This document shows, piece after piece, positions 26,832 through 40,940 of a stretch of DNA of 64,000 nucleotides. The notes below the pieces were generated by a model. The model searched no databases, was not told where the DNA came from, and saw only the letters and a list, made by a program, of their open reading frames with translations. The position numbers were made by a program, and so were the translations under genes. How positions within the stretch are numbered: the stretch's first letter is position 1; each line of letters begins with the position of its first letter. This stretch comes from Lama guanicoe (lineage: Eukaryota): contig MU053513.1 in the NCBI GenBank assembly GCA_013239625.1, forward strand, positions 268,370-332,369, read 5' to 3'.

Positions 26832-26899
26832 GGAAAATATAGGACACATTACCAACCCCAGAAAATAGATTACAGTCATTCTTGTGTTCAGGCTATAGA

Positions 26900-27182
26900 A
26901 GGAAGAAGAGCTATTAAGTTTTCTACCACCAGGCTTTACCATTGAAGCGCATGCTTAGAGCTGCCTTCAGCCACTTTGCTTTCATGTGGCCCCTGGACAT
27001 AAAACCAACATGGCAGAGAACTGAGCCAGAAGATGGAGGGAGATGGGTTCTTGCGCTTTATTTGAGTTAAACCTTTCTCTGCATTAAACCTTCTTTATTA
27101 TTTGAGTAAGCTAATAAGAATGTTCCTATTATTAGGCAATTTAAGGTTGTTTTCTTCACCCAGCCAAGAGTCCCAACTGACA
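26900..27182 (+). mobile_element. MaLR LTR (MLT1J/L-like) 3' part
   Basis: atggcagagaactgagccagaagatggagg...gctaataagaatgttcc...cagccaagagtcccaactgaca. Confidence 0.6.
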
Positions 27183-28059
27183 ATGTATAATATATAAATA
27201 TTAGTAGTAATACAATGTTTTCATTCCACAGAAGTTTAAATGGACATCCACTTCAAAAATACAATATCTGTTAACATAGTGGATGATTTGAGATATAATT
27301 TATGTGACATAGAAAATATAAATCCATCAGGAAACACTTCCTAGAAATAAATATCCAGAAGAAATTCACTATAGTGCCACATGACAGATCATAAAATGAC
27401 TGAATATACTAATTTTGTTTATACTTACAGAAGGTATAAAATTTCTCAGAATGAGTTAAAGAAAATAAAAGATGACAGAGGATGAATTTACTGTATTATA
27501 AGCCACTTGGGAACCTGTGTGGTCTAGTGGGAAGGCTTACAACTCTTGTTGCATTTGAATCAACATCTCTGAACTTCTGTTTCTCTATTGGACATCAGGT
27601 GATAAAGTTGTTGGTATTTGAGTTTGTCCTCAGGAAGTGCATGGGGCAATACCGACTGTATATATGGCAGCCACTACTACTAGGAACTCAGTAAGTTTTC
27701 ATCTCCTCCTCCATTCCCCACAGCATTATAAACACATGATACTCCTACAGTTGGATGAAGTCCTCAAACTCATTCACTCTTCTATTAATTCTGTATCTTC
27801 TCCCAATGCAGCACTTAGACAATATTCCAAAATGGTAGAAATTTCAATATATGTATGTGAAAATGTTTTAAATTTGAAATTTCCTAAAATTGTATTGACA
27901 GCTTAGATAAAACTAGTAAAATTAGAAGTGTTTGCTTTTTCATGGCTAAGTATGGATTAAGCTGTTTGAAATCAAGAATGCGTATTTCTCCAGAGGAAGC
28001 AACTTGCTAGCAGGGTACTCAAGATTCTGACAGCAGGAGGAAGGCTGTGAAGCCCTACG

Positions 28060-28950
28060 AGTGATCTGGAGGATGTAGTAGGTAGGAAGGTGTTACATTT
28101 CTGCTGATCACCAAAAAATTATTTAGCTTAGTGAAAAAACATGCAGGATTATGAGGAAATCCAGAAGGATCTAATTAAACTGGGTGATTGGGCAATGTGA
28201 TGACAGATTAAATTTAGTGCAGATAAGTGCAAGGTAATGCATATCGGGAAACATAATTTAAACTCTCCATGCGCACTGATGGTTTCTGAATTAGCCTGAA
28301 CCTCTTAGGGAAAGCGTTTAGAAGTCATTATGGGTAGTTCAGTGAGAAAGCTGCTCAATGTACAAGAGCATTTAAAGAAGCCAATAGAAGACTTGCAGGT
28401 ATTAATTTGAGTGTGTGGAATAATACGAAAAGTATTAACATGAAGCTACATAAATCAATGGGATTCTCACACTGGGCTATACTTGTTTTAGGTACTTTAT
28501 CAGAAAACACTGAGGGATAATTGGCAATGTGTTCAATTGTTAAATTAAAAATGGACAAATAGATTACATATTTGTTTAGGAATACAATTGCAGCAAGACA
28601 CAGATATAATGGGCTCAAAACTAATGAGTGGTTCAGCAGAGATCTTCTTTGGACTTTCCTTTGCAATGAGTACTAAAATATGAGGATAAGATGACATTGG
28701 AGGAACTGAAATTTACATTTTAACAGAATGCCTTTAGTATGACTCAAAATCAATCTGTAATTCACTAGTAAAGCCAATCCTTGAGGCAAATAGCTCAGCA
28801 AGATTCACAGGGATTAGATATTTATATGACTTTGAATAACATTTGCAGCTATCCTGGCTATACCTGATTCAGATGCCACAGCATATATCAATCCTTTTGC
28901 TCCAGGGTGCACAGAAATCATCTAAGAGGCTCAGGGAAGATTTGCTTTCC
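28060..28950 (+). mobile_element. Ancient CR1/L3-clade LINE (Plat_L3/CR1_Mam-like): RT C-terminal region and 3' end
   Basis: Hand translation DLEDVV..SADH.K(fs)LF.LVK..EEIQKDLIKLGDWA.**QIKFSADKCKVMHIGKHN..LMVSELA..AQC..AFKEANR parallels the CR1 ORF2 motif FADDTKL..LQ.DL.KL..WA..WQM.FN..KCKVMH.G..N; 3' part gaggcaaatagctcagcaagattc...ggattagatatttatatg is CR1-like. Confidence 0.88.
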
Positions 28951-29219
28951 TTAGTTTGATAATGCACTTCATAAATGACAGGAAAAAACAGAGTAACAAC
29001 TGGCCATTGTTCTTTATTTTAAAGAAAATTATTTTTGTGTCATTCTATATGACTTTTTTATATTTTAAAAAATAACTCTGCATGGTGATTTATATTATAA
29101 GGCATAATATTGTTGATGCAGGTATTCCTCAATGAGTTATAGGGATCAGAGAAAAATAATTTTAAAATAACTATGTATATATGAATGTTAAAATTGTATT
29201 AATATTATAGTTATGGCTA

Positions 29220-29620
29220 ACTCATTTAATAAATGTGTATTAAGCATTTACTTTGTTCCAAGAAGTACAGAAGTCACTAAATACACAGAATAAATAAGAC
29301 CCCAGACCCTACAAACCATTAAGTGGAATATAAGCAGGGCATTAAAATAGATGCTTGCTTATGTTATAGGTACAACATAAACATATTTACAGAGCTTGAA
29401 CATAACAAGTGAACCAGTCAAACTTACCTTCAAAGAGGGCATTAGAAGATTTCAAAGAAAAAATGTGTGAGATGAAAGCTGAAAGACAGAGAGTTTTTTT
29501 GTCAAGAGAGAGACAGAAAGGTATTCAGGTCAGGGAAAGTAGTCTGAGAAAAAAAAACACAGAAACCGGGTGTGGCAGGTCTTGGAAAACTGCAGATAAC
29601 AGTAGATGTGTTCATACAAT
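29220..29620 (-). mobile_element. L2 LINE 3' end
   Basis: ctcatttaataaatgtgtattaagcatttactttgttccaag...gaataaataagacccc. Confidence 0.7.
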
Positions 29621-31159
29621 GTAAGACTTTAAACATTATGGTTATTTTCTTATAAAACCACTAATTTGGAAAGACGGGAGTCATATGAAACCACTAAAAA
29701 TCAAACATGTTAATTAAAACAATGTTAATGCCCCTGTTTTAAAAGTTTGTTGTTCTACCCTACAAAAAAAATTTTTTTAAAGCACCTTGGTTGAGAATGT
29801 ATATTTCTTTGGCCCTTAGTCTGGGGTTAGCCTGGGAGTTAGTTTGGAGATAATTACTAAGATTTCTAAACTTAATATTCATCTGGGGAACGCCGTACCA
29901 CAGACTGACTTCAGGAGTCAGCACATCCAGGGTGGGAGACCAGGATTTATAGCAGGTGTCAAGGAACTTCTCTCAGTGAACATCTTTGCAAATAACTCCT
30001 TTACTATTTAGCAGAGTATGGTTTTCACATGGCCACATACTCTCTTCTAGAAGACCAGAGGAGACTGACATTAAACTCAGAAACTACACCGCTTACTTTG
30101 GTAATCCATTCTTGAAAATCAAGTGTTCTGTGAAAATATGTTAGCAGGAAGGAAGTCAGTTTCCCTTTTTAAACTATTACTCTAATGTTTATGTCAATCA
30201 CATATCTACAGTTTTGTTCTTAAATATGAAAGTAATCCATCATATGATACCTATATATGTAAATACATCATAATATTCTAAAGTAAAATGCTTAGAACAA
30301 CCACTTACTGATTATCAAACAAATGATATGGTTGTTAACAAATTATTCATGTTTATGCCCTGATATCTTTTTTTCTATTAAAATGACTTTTCTTATTCAG
30401 TTTGCTTCATTCTCCATTACTTTCTCCAATTGTTTTCCAAATATTTTGAACTCTTTGTACAAAATCAAAGAAAGCCAAGAGCTAAACATTAGACGCTAAG
30501 AAGACGTTAAAGCTAATTAAAATAGGAGACTATGAAAGGCAGCCTGCAAAAATCAGCTCTGATATGAGGCAGAGAAAAAAAAAGGCAAAAATAAGTCTGA
30601 AAGTAAGTAAGTCCAAAAGCTGTCATGTCACCAAAAGGAAATTCAGTTTTTACCAGTCATTGAGAAAAGTCGGTTTAACTAATTGTTGTGAGACAATGGT
30701 TGATACTATACACCTCATAGTTTCAAACTTCACTGACCCCTTTTGACATGTTTCTTGTCCAGCATGTGTTTCTACCCAGAGATTTTCCTTTTTATCCCTT
30801 CCCCTTGCAGAGTTCAGTCTCTAACAACTGCATGCATAGCAAAGTGCCTACCAATTTCTGGGACTGGTGTAAATGACTATAAGCAAATTATAATTCCCCA
30901 CATAAGAAACATTCCATTAAATATCATCTTAATAATAATATTTTATTTCATAATATTTTAAGGACTTTTCATCTTTTTCTTATTTCACTTTGTTCCTATT
31001 TTTGACAGGAAGTCCATCAGAATTCATAAGGATGTTTTTTTCTTTTTTACCTCATATTCTATCTTCATCATATTCCAATAAAACTTTTGCTATTATCTTT
31101 CCAGTGATGTTGGTGAATTCACAATGAACTTATACTGACAAGTCCAAAATCATTTCTCT

Positions 31160-31990
31160 TCCCATCTCTCAGGAGAACTTCTTAACCACATTTGAGCTGC
31201 TGGACTCCTCCCTTTCTCCCTTTACCTTAGCATTTTCTTTTCTTGATCTTAGTGACAACAAACTTTACTGTCTAGTTCTTTCTTAAGCTCCTCTGTTAAC
31301 TCCTCCTCTGCCCAAACCTTAAATGTCAGACAATTTCTGGGCCAGATTCTTGGCTTTTTCCCCTTGTGTATTTGTTTGCTCTCTCATCTTCTCTCTCGTG
31401 CACTCTGTAATTTTGTCAATCTTATGGCTTAAAATACCTGTTTTCAAATTACTATCCGAAGCCTAGACTCTTCCTCAAAATCCGAACTCATATATTTAAC
31501 CAGCCACCTAACATCTCTACTTGGTGGTCATAAATATAACTTGTTCTAAAATTGGCTTGTTCTAAAGAGAACATTTTATTTCTCTAGCCCCAAAGCTACT
31601 TCGATTGTTGTCTTTTCCATCTCTTACTCTCTTCATCTCAAAAAACCTACAACTCAACCATAATTCTTTGCTCTTTACCTTCTACAGCCAATCTATTCAC
31701 ATCACATTTTAGCTCCACTACCGAAGTATGATAGAATATAAGCATTTTCACCTTGTCCTTTGCTCGCAACCTCAGTCAAAGCCACCCTAATCTTGCATTT
31801 ATATTAGTGCCATAGCCTATTAATCTGTATTTCCATTCATGTCTCTTTACAGCCCATCCTGTACAAAGTAGCCAGAGTGATCATCTAAAAAAGTAAGTAA
31901 GAGCATGTCATCCTCTTGCTTATCATTTCCTATTGTACTAAGCACCAAAATCCAAATTTGTTATTATGCTCTGAAAACCATACAAGATAA
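31160..31990 (+). mobile_element. L2 LINE fragment
   Basis: cctagactcttcctc...actcatatatttaaccagccacctaacatctctacttgg...gtagccagagtgatc. Confidence 0.8.
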
Positions 31991-32889
31991 TTAATAATCC
32001 TCTAGATGGATTTTTTGGATATGCTTGCTGGAATCAGTAAGTCACTAAATATATTTATCCATTCCATCTGAGTCAATTGACCTAACGTCCCTTATTCTCT
32101 TAAATTCAATAAAGTTTTAAAAAAGATAACTTCTTCAATATCCAAAGCACTTTAAAGGTAAGCAATGCTGCCCTATATCTTCACTTTTTTGAAATAGAGC
32201 CTAACAGTGGAACCCAAGCCAGCACTCCATTAACAGAGCTATGCTTTCATGAAGAGGAAAGAATTCAGTTTGCTGGCTTTCTAGCTAGCCTTTTCAGCAT
32301 CTGAATCAATGATGCAATTCCAAAACTTCAGGCCTAAAAGCAATCTCACCATCAACCCCATATCAAAAGCCAAAGAAATATCAAATAGAGATAAGAGTTA
32401 CATGAAAGATTGCCTGTAACTGTGGCCTGCTGCCACTTGGTAGGACAATCAACATGCATGGGGGATTAAGCTATATAAACTCAGTTGAATCAGCTGTCTT
32501 AATGGGCCAGAAAATCAACTAGTCTGAATGAAAAATCACTTGAAATGGTTGACTGGCACCAGTTGAAGAAGCAACTGAAATTTGTGGAATCCTTAAAATG
32601 TCCCAAACTAAGAAGGAAATATATTATATATTTTTTTTAATCTGAGTGCTTGACATAGTCTAGACATAGCCTCAGGACTCTAAACCCCAAAAAAACAATT
32701 GTACCTCTCCTAATCTCTAAAAAATATCCTCTAAATTCTCAATGATATCCATCACCATGCAAACCAAGGGCATATGAACCATTACTCTGAACTTACTCAT
32801 ATCTTTACTCCACGAATAACTCACTCAGTGGTCTTACATATTTTAAATACCTTTCTTTATTATAATACTGCATATTACTATAAACAGCT

Positions 32890-33075
32890 TGCTTTTTACA
32901 TTTTTTCTCATGCATTTTCTCAAGATTTTTGAATTAGGCATTATTATCCTAGTATTCAGATGAGAAACCTGACACTAGGGCATGATAAATGATCTGTCCA
33001 AGATCACACACACGTGGACTGGTGAAGTTGGGGTTCAAATCAAGACATGACTTGTCTATAAAGTATGTGTCTCTC
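32890..33075 (-). mobile_element. MIR SINE
   Basis: ttaggcattattatcc...cagatgagaaacctgac...ccaagatcacac...gggttcaaatcaag. Confidence 0.75.
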
Positions 33076-34469
33076 CTTCGCCTTCTGAAAATCTTTCAGG
33101 TCACAGTTTTTTTGTCCCAAAACTTTCATCCTTGATAAGCAGAAACGCAATAATAGTTTCTTATCCTTTTGCCTAGGAGAAGTTAATAAAGTAATGCTAT
33201 GATACCCACCTATTAAGCAGACCTCACTGTAAGAATTAATTTATTAAGTCACTTGTAGAATTAACTATGATTTGATTGTCCATATAATTCTCAGTCAAGA
33301 TCATATTTACCATGACTTAACAATACCAAAAACTGAAAGTAAGCACTTGTGCAGGTAGGTGATTTCCTTCTAAGTTATGCATTTGTATATGGATAGAAAT
33401 CTTACAGCTGCCACAGTCTTTCCTTCTGAAGAAGCCTCAAATGATTTGCAATGAATCAAATTCTATCTTAAATAGAGCAAGTAAATAGTTCATTTTAGTA
33501 GAAACTGTATTGTCACTACATCAGCAATTTTCATTTAAAAGTGTGCATTACTTATTCAGTTATTTGAAAGATGGTATTAGAGAGGAGCTATTTTGTCATT
33601 TTTTTCATCTACAAGCCTTCATTTTTAAACCTATATAACATGGTGTTTTTAAGACATCAATTACCATTTTAAAAAGTACCAGTCTATCTTGAGTTTCTCA
33701 GCAAGTTTCTATGCCAAAGAAAACACTAATCCTTTCAATTTATTGGGAATCGATGTTTAATCCTCTTTTTTGTCCTCATACTTATTACAAATCATAAAAA
33801 ATTCTGAGTGTCAGTTTAAGAAGAGAAAGCCCTGGGTAATAGCCCTATTACTTATTGATCATTTTAAATTAAAAATTTTAGTGCTCTCTATTTGAAAAGT
33901 AAACCAAAAAATTATGTTTCACACAGAAGTGCTTTCAATACATAATAAGAACAGTGTGTTTTGGGATGTTTTATGCTATATTGCAATATCCATTAAAATG
34001 GCATTCCTATTATTAGTTAAATTTATGATGATTACTTCAAACTTTTATAACAGGTGAAAAAACTTTGACTTACCTCTAGAGGAATGTAGAACATGAAGAA
34101 TATGCTGATGGATATTTAAAAGCAACCTTAAAATATCAAAAATATTATAATAATATTTAATATATAGCCCTTTTAAAACTTTAAAATTCCATAACCCTAT
34201 TACAACTTTAGATAATAATAATTTCTTCATATCTTCAAAATCTCTCAGAAGTTTTCAAATTAATCTATTCTCATATATAATTATTATTATGTAATTTATA
34301 ACTGTTACACAATTAAAACATATTTTTCTTAGATCAATAATTTAATTTTAAGTATATTGAAATTGTAACAGATTGTATTTAGACATTTGTTTTACTTTTA
34401 ATGTTTCTTTATACACATGTATATGTATTTTTTCTATGAAGATGCATAAATTATATCATATTATCCTGT

Positions 34470-35600
34470 TTTTATTCTGTAAACACGTACTTATTAAATT
34501 TCAACCATGTGTTAGGCATAGTTTAACCGCAAAGGACAAAATGTACCAAAAAATGCCTTTCCTTATTAAACTCACATTCTAGAAAGGAAAACAGCCAATA
34601 AAGATAGCAAAAGAAAAAGCACAAAGTATGTTGATGTAGTAAAAATGTAATGGATAAAAATAAAACAGGGAAGAGGCAGAGGAAGTAGATGCTGGGGTGT
34701 TGCCTACAGGTTTATTTTTAGATAGGTTAGTCAATGCGGAAGACTCACTCTGAATGTGAAATTTGCTAGAAAACCTTCAGATGGTGAGCAAGTTAGTCAC
34801 GAGGATATCTGGAAGAAAAAAAATGAGGCAGAGTGTACAGCAAGTAAACTAGAGAAATTAGACAGAGTTAAGAAAGATAATGAAAGATCAGGTTATAAAC
34901 CAATGTAAAGATTCTGGCTTTTGCACTTATTCAGATGGAAAGCCTATAGAGAGAATTGAGCAGAGATGTCAGACACATTCGATGACTCCATCTATTATGT
35001 TTTGAATAGAACTAAATTGTGGAAAAAGAGCAAAGGATTATGAAAAGTATTGTAATCCAGATGTCTCATATTATTGACTTGTACAAGTTTGGTGGCAGTG
35101 GAAATATAAGAAGTGGTCAGTATATATGTAAAATATGCATTGAAGGTGGAGTATAGTGGATTGATTGATGGCTTAAATGTGGTATCTAAGGAAAAAGTAA
35201 AAGAGGAAGTAAGGATACAAAGCTGGGGTTGTCATGACTGAGACAGAGAAGTTTTTAAGTCTCAAGGCTAGATGGGATAATCAAGAGACTGAGTATAGGT
35301 AGAAAAGAAAGCAGGTCAGATGATTTAGTCCAGAACTCTTCAGCATTTGAAATTCAGTCAGATGTAGAAGGAGGAGTTACCAGATCAAAAGACGATCCAT
35401 GAGATATGTATATATACATATATATATATATTTTTTAACTATCAGAAGAATTGAATGTTCTGGAACCCAGGTGGAAAAAAAAGTGCTTGAAAAGGAGGAA
35501 ATGATCTAATAAGTAGTACCAATTGATCAAGTAAGAGGAAGATTGGGAATTGGCCATTGGCTTTGCCAACATGAAGGTCATTTTAAATTTAAGAAGAGAA
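34470..35600 (-). mobile_element. L2 LINE fragment
   Basis: Purine-rich antisense L2 with gatatctggaagaa, gaagtggtcag, ccattggctttgccaacatgaaggtca. Confidence 0.75.
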
Positions 35601-36988
35601 TATAAATCAGTCTGTGTGGAATTTTGCTCTAATTTTGGAAAATTGGGTTGTAGCTGAAACTAGAAATTGTCTCAAAAGAGGTGTGGTAAGGAGGAAAAAG
35701 ATGATGAAGACTAAAAAAGAAAATTAGTAGGATGCTTTTTTTAATCAATCGCATGCTTTTAATAAAATATAACATTCTATAGAAATAAAGGTAACAAAGG
35801 TGGTATATCCATTAGTAAGATACTTTCTTAATGTCTAAATATTTTTTAGGTCTTGTTTTTGAAGATGTTACAAACAAGAGAAGCATACACTTAAAAGAAC
35901 TTCATATTATACTTCTAAGTCATGTTTATTTCTAGAAAGTGAGCTAGATGTGAAACAATAGATGGCCATAATGTCCACGTCATGGTAGAGAATAAACCAT
36001 AAACTGTGACTATTGCTGAACAACTTCATTTCCCAGGCTAGTCCCAGCCTGCCAACCACTGTGCTTACTAATATCATTTAAGTTTTCCCTTTGGGCTGAG
36101 CAGTAATAAATCTTTTTTTTTCTTAGCAGCTGGACAGTTTTCACACAAACTTTGAATTTAGATGCTCTCCAGCTTGGACAGTAACATGGTGTTTGTTGTA
36201 TCTTTTTAAAATATTTGAGTTACTATTCTCTACCACATATGCTGTCATGGTTAAAAGTAAAAATGATCATTTTAAGAATTATAGTTCTTTTAATTGTCTT
36301 TCAAGTCTACCAGAATTGTTATATTATTTTTAGCAAGTAGTAAAAATGTAATGGTTTGTGAAGAAGCCAAATATTTTAAGAAGTACATTTATAGCCAAAA
36401 CTAATTAATGTTTGCATATCTTTGATCAGACTTAATTGATATTATGTTGTCATCCCTTCTGTACTTTCACTCCAAGAAATTGATTGTATAAATAATGTAA
36501 AAGAAAGAAAAAGTCATTCTTACAATAATGACTTCCTGGTTTTATGGAAGACTAATGGAGGCTTACACAGACTGGGGAAAGTGTCCAAAATGATATATTT
36601 TATTAATCCAAGGCTGAGATTCAATCCCACTTCAATATCCAGATTCTCAAATGAGTTCTCTTCCTACTAAAACCAACTGGAAATTAATATTTGGAAAATT
36701 AAATATATATTCAAAATTAAAACATTTTTATGTGAATGACCCAACCTCCTTGGTTACCTTAAAATTAACAGGTGGAAAAGTTATCATCTCCCCTCAATTC
36801 GATTTTCCATCACATTTATTGGAAAGACATCCTGGGAGGGCACATTTCCCTAATCTCCCTTTTGTTCATCACTGACATTAAATCATATTTTTGTGTTCCA
36901 GCTAGCTGCTTAATTTTTGGTTCTTTGTCAAGATGAAGCCAAAAAAAAAAACAAACAGCGATTTGTCACGAGATTTATTAATGTTCAC

Positions 36989-37111
36989 TAAGGCAACCAT
37001 ATAATAACTGGAACTTTTCAGAGTAAAAGGAGGCACTATTAATAATTATTCTAGGAAAACAGAATAAAGCTGGATCTGTATCAGGTAGACATGAATGAGT
37101 AATCACTGCTA
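36989..37111 (-). mobile_element. MER81-like MITE (hAT-Blackjack)
   Basis: taaggcaaccatata...gagtaaaaggaggcactattaataattat...aatcactgcta matches reverse MER81. Confidence 0.7.
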
Positions 37112-37319
37112 ACCATTGAGTTTGGATTATGGTCCTGAAGTGGATTCATATTTGTCATTATCAACTCTTGATGGTTTAAAAGTTTGAGAATAAGAGATGA
37201 ATTGTTATGCTTAAAGTTGAAACTCTATAGTAAGATCATTCAAGCTTTGGAACCTAATTCCACCACATCCTAGCTGTGAAATTTTGAGCAAACTGTTAAC
37301 CTCCTTGGATTGGTTTGCT

Positions 37320-37758
37320 CTTCTTGCCTAACAGACTTGCACGAAACTTAGTGTCTTAAAAGTATAATCATTTATTGTTACATATGCATCTTCAGGCCAG
37401 CTGGTATTTAGCTAGAGTTCACCTGATTTAGACTGGGTCTAGCTGGAAATCCCTTTCAGCCTGTAATAGCTGAGTAACCCCTTCTCACTGCAGGTCTGTG
37501 TATCAGTTAGGGCAGTTCTGCTCCAATTTTTTCTTATTATTTTTGGACTAGCAGGCAAGTTAGGGTGTGTACTTTATGCTGCAATGGCAATGGTGCAAAA
37601 AAGTAAGTGGGACCTCTCCAGAATTTGTAAGACTAGACTCATAATTTGCACATTCTATTTTTCAGAGCAAGCCATTCACAGTCAAAGAATAAAGAAATGC
37701 ACTCCACCCCTTTGTTTACAGAAAACTGCCACGAGATGCAAGAAGGACTAAAGTATTA
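37320..37758 (-). mobile_element. MaLR LTR (MLT1F/G/H-like)
   Basis: aaacttagtgtcttaaaa...tcatttattg...agggcagttctgctcc...actccacc. Confidence 0.65.
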
Positions 37759-37848
37759 GACACAATGCAACCTACTGTTTGGTCTGAAATTCAGTTTCAC
37801 CACCAATAAGAAGAGGACAATAGTAGATCCTTAAAGGTTACTTGTTGT

Positions 37849-37928
37849 ATATATAATATTATAATAATATAATATAATACAATATAATATAATATAATAT
37901 AATATAATATAATATAATATAATATATA
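37849..37928. repeat. (AATAT)n pentanucleotide microsatellite
   Basis: Directly visible. Confidence 0.95.
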
Positions 37929-39169
37929 GCTCCTTGAAGGCTACTTAGCTACTACTTGTTGGACAAAATGTCCATACAGCATTCAATGCATAGTTGATGT
38001 TTGACACTTAGCTATTTCTCTAGTTTTATTTTTATTCCTATTAAGAGATTAAGATGTAATGATGAGTCATTTAGGGAAAATAATTACAATCAATAATTAT
38101 TTTCTGGTATCTCTGAATGCATTTCTATGTTCTTTAAGAAAAAACAGTGCTCATAGTTGAGTTCTATTCACCAAAGGAGTTCCAAAATCAAACATTTTAT
38201 ATTTAAAACTAGAAAAATGATATGTTACTCCTGTGATTAAAATTGTGTGTAACATGAAATTAAATATGTTTTTAAGACATTTGTCTTTCCATTGATTTAC
38301 CTTTGACAAAATAGGTTAAAATGTATCTAACATATAATTATAGAAATGCCAAAAGTTCAGAGTGAGAGCAAAAGTGGAGACAGTTTCACTCAGAAAGCTA
38401 AAGGTGGAGCAATTTAACTCCAGAGCTCAATTCCTAGAGAATGTCCATTTCTAGAATTGACTTAAGGAAATTGTACTCTGACTTACTAAATCACGATGCG
38501 TATAAGATACATTTCATTAATATGAACAATGTTAATATTTTCTACCGAAGTGTACTCTGTCTTGATGCTGGTAAATAAAATGAGACTTATTTTCCCTTTT
38601 TCTCACACCACTTTGGTTTTAACCTATGAAACAGAGATATCCCAACTATTTTTATCTTCTGAATGTGTACTTTAAATGGGTTGTTCCTTAAAAATTAACT
38701 TCATTTCGTACCTAGAATGAGTGTATTAAAACTGTGCTTCAATAAATAGTAAATAAATACATTTTCCATATAATCAGAATTATAGATTATCAGAAGCAAG
38801 GAGACTAGGTGTTCATTTGTTGGGATGATTTAGCGCTTCGTAGTGTCAGGTAATAAGGTAACAATAGCTAACTAGGGAAAATACTCTTATCATAACATAC
38901 CAGCTTGCTAATAATTCCTATCATCTTGGTACACTCAAAGAAGATGGGACAACATCACTTTTGACTGTTGAACCTCAAAAGTTGTGGCTGTGATTCCAAA
39001 TGCCAATTCTAATTAGTCTGGAAATAAAGTTCTGGTTAAATATATGCTTCCAGGGTAATAAAACAATTTCTACTTACTATATATTCTCTTTACTGGGATC
39101 ACTGAACTATATGATTTTTAAATGATAAGATTACCTTTTTCTAAGATTTCTAAGCTTGTACTAATATAT

Positions 39170-40608
39170 TTCATTCATTTATTAAGAATATTTATTGAGC
39201 TTCTACCAAATGTCAATCATTATTCTTGTGGCTAGAATACTGTAATAGAGACCCAAGTAAATTAATTTGATCAAAGGATCTGCCAAATCCAATGGGAAAA
39301 AATGCACATGTAATAAATAGCAAACCTTATTTGATGGAGAAAAATAATGCAGGTTAGTGACATTCAAAAAGTCCATCTTGGTGGCAGTTTGCATCTTAAA
39401 ATAGTGTGTTCAGCAAGCTCTTCACTGAGAAAGTGAGCCTTGAATAAAGACTTAAAGAAGGTGAAAAAGTGCAGCCATATGGATACCTGGGGCAGGAAAG
39501 TTGCAGGCAAAAAAGACCCTCAGTTTCAAAGGAGCAGAAGCCAGAGGTGTGCCTGATAAGAATCAAGGAGGTCTACGCAAGCATATAAAAATAAGCATAA
39601 TGGGGTAAAGTGGGCAGGGGTGTGTGGTGGTGGTGGTGCAATGGTAAGGGCCTTGGAGACCACTTCAGTGTTTTGCTCAGAATGGGATAGAAAGCCATTT
39701 GAGGGCTTTCAGAAGAGGAACAGCATTGTATGACTTCCTGTCCAAAAAATCACTCTGGCTTCTGATTACTATTAGAAGATTGTAAAGAAACAAGAGAGGG
39801 AACAAAGACACCAGCTAGTGGCTAGTGTGACAAACCAAGGTGACAATGATTGCAGCTTGAGCTAATGTGGTAGTGGTAAAGGTGTCGAGAAGTCATCAGA
39901 CATTGATTACATTTTTAAGTAGATTGAATAAGAATTTCTTACACATTAGACAGAGAGTGAGGAAAGAAAGAAGCCAAGTGGGAAATGAAGGCTTTGTTGG
40001 TCTTTGGTACTGGAAGGAAGAAATAGAGCTTTCCTGACATGGGAATAAATATGGAGAGTCTGGGTTTAGAGGAATGGCTATTATTTTAACTTTGAGGTTT
40101 TATTGAGACATGTAAATAGATGTGTCAAGCACGTTATTGGATATCCTGGAATCTGGAGAAGAGACTTGAATGAAAAATAAAAATGTGGAAATTGCTGGTT
40201 AGATTTAGTGGGGTTTTTTTAAAGCCAGAACACTTTCAGACCACCAAAAATGTGAGTGCAGGTAAGAGAAGAGGTCCAGGAACTGAGATTTGACACTGCA
40301 ACATTTAGAGATGAGGGGAAAGGGACTACCAAAAAAAACTAAAGACAAAAAGAGACATTGGAGAAACTGAGGGAATCTGCATTCTAGAAGCCAAGAGAAG
40401 GCATTTCAAGAAGGGAGTAATCTCATGTGTCAAATACTGCTGATGGAAAAAGTGACATGAGAACCAAAAATCACTCAGTTTTTTTACCACGTGATCACTG
40501 GTGAAATTGATAAAAGGGTTTTCAAATGGAGTTGCACAGATGACAGCCTAGCTAGAAAAGGTTCAGGAGAGACTAGAAAGGCAGCATCTAGAAAGGAGTG
40601 TATAGACA
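39170..40608 (-). mobile_element. L2a LINE, long 3' fragment
   Basis: ttcattcatttattaagaatatttattgagc (L2a tail), gcagccatatggatacctgggg, ggaatctggagaagag, tgtcaaatactgctga. Confidence 0.85.
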
Positions 40609-40612
40609 CCCA

Positions 40613-40940
40613 CTATATTTCATCAGTTTGAAGACATACTATTTCATATTTTAAATCTCTGAAATCGGGCTGTGTATTAAAATGAACAGCATTTTATGCT
40701 AGTTACTACGTAAGCAGCAATTCTGATGCAGTTGTCTGCCTGCTTATTCATGAACTTTGTCACAGTTGTTTAAACTTTCATCACTGCTACACAAAAATAA
40801 AACTAAAGAGCTCTTTCAATATACATAAAATAAAAATTCAAAGTAACATGAAAGCTTTGATCATAGCTTAATTAGCATTTTTCCTTTCCTAGCGGTACTT
40901 ACACCAACTGCATGTTACTTTCGATGTGATTGAAATATAA
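40613..40940 (+). mobile_element. Kanga/MER104-like DNA transposon derivative (TcMar-Tc2)
   Basis: ctatatttcatcag...ttttaaatctctgaaatcggg start and gattgaaatataa end resemble CCGTATTTCATCG TIRs. Confidence 0.6.
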
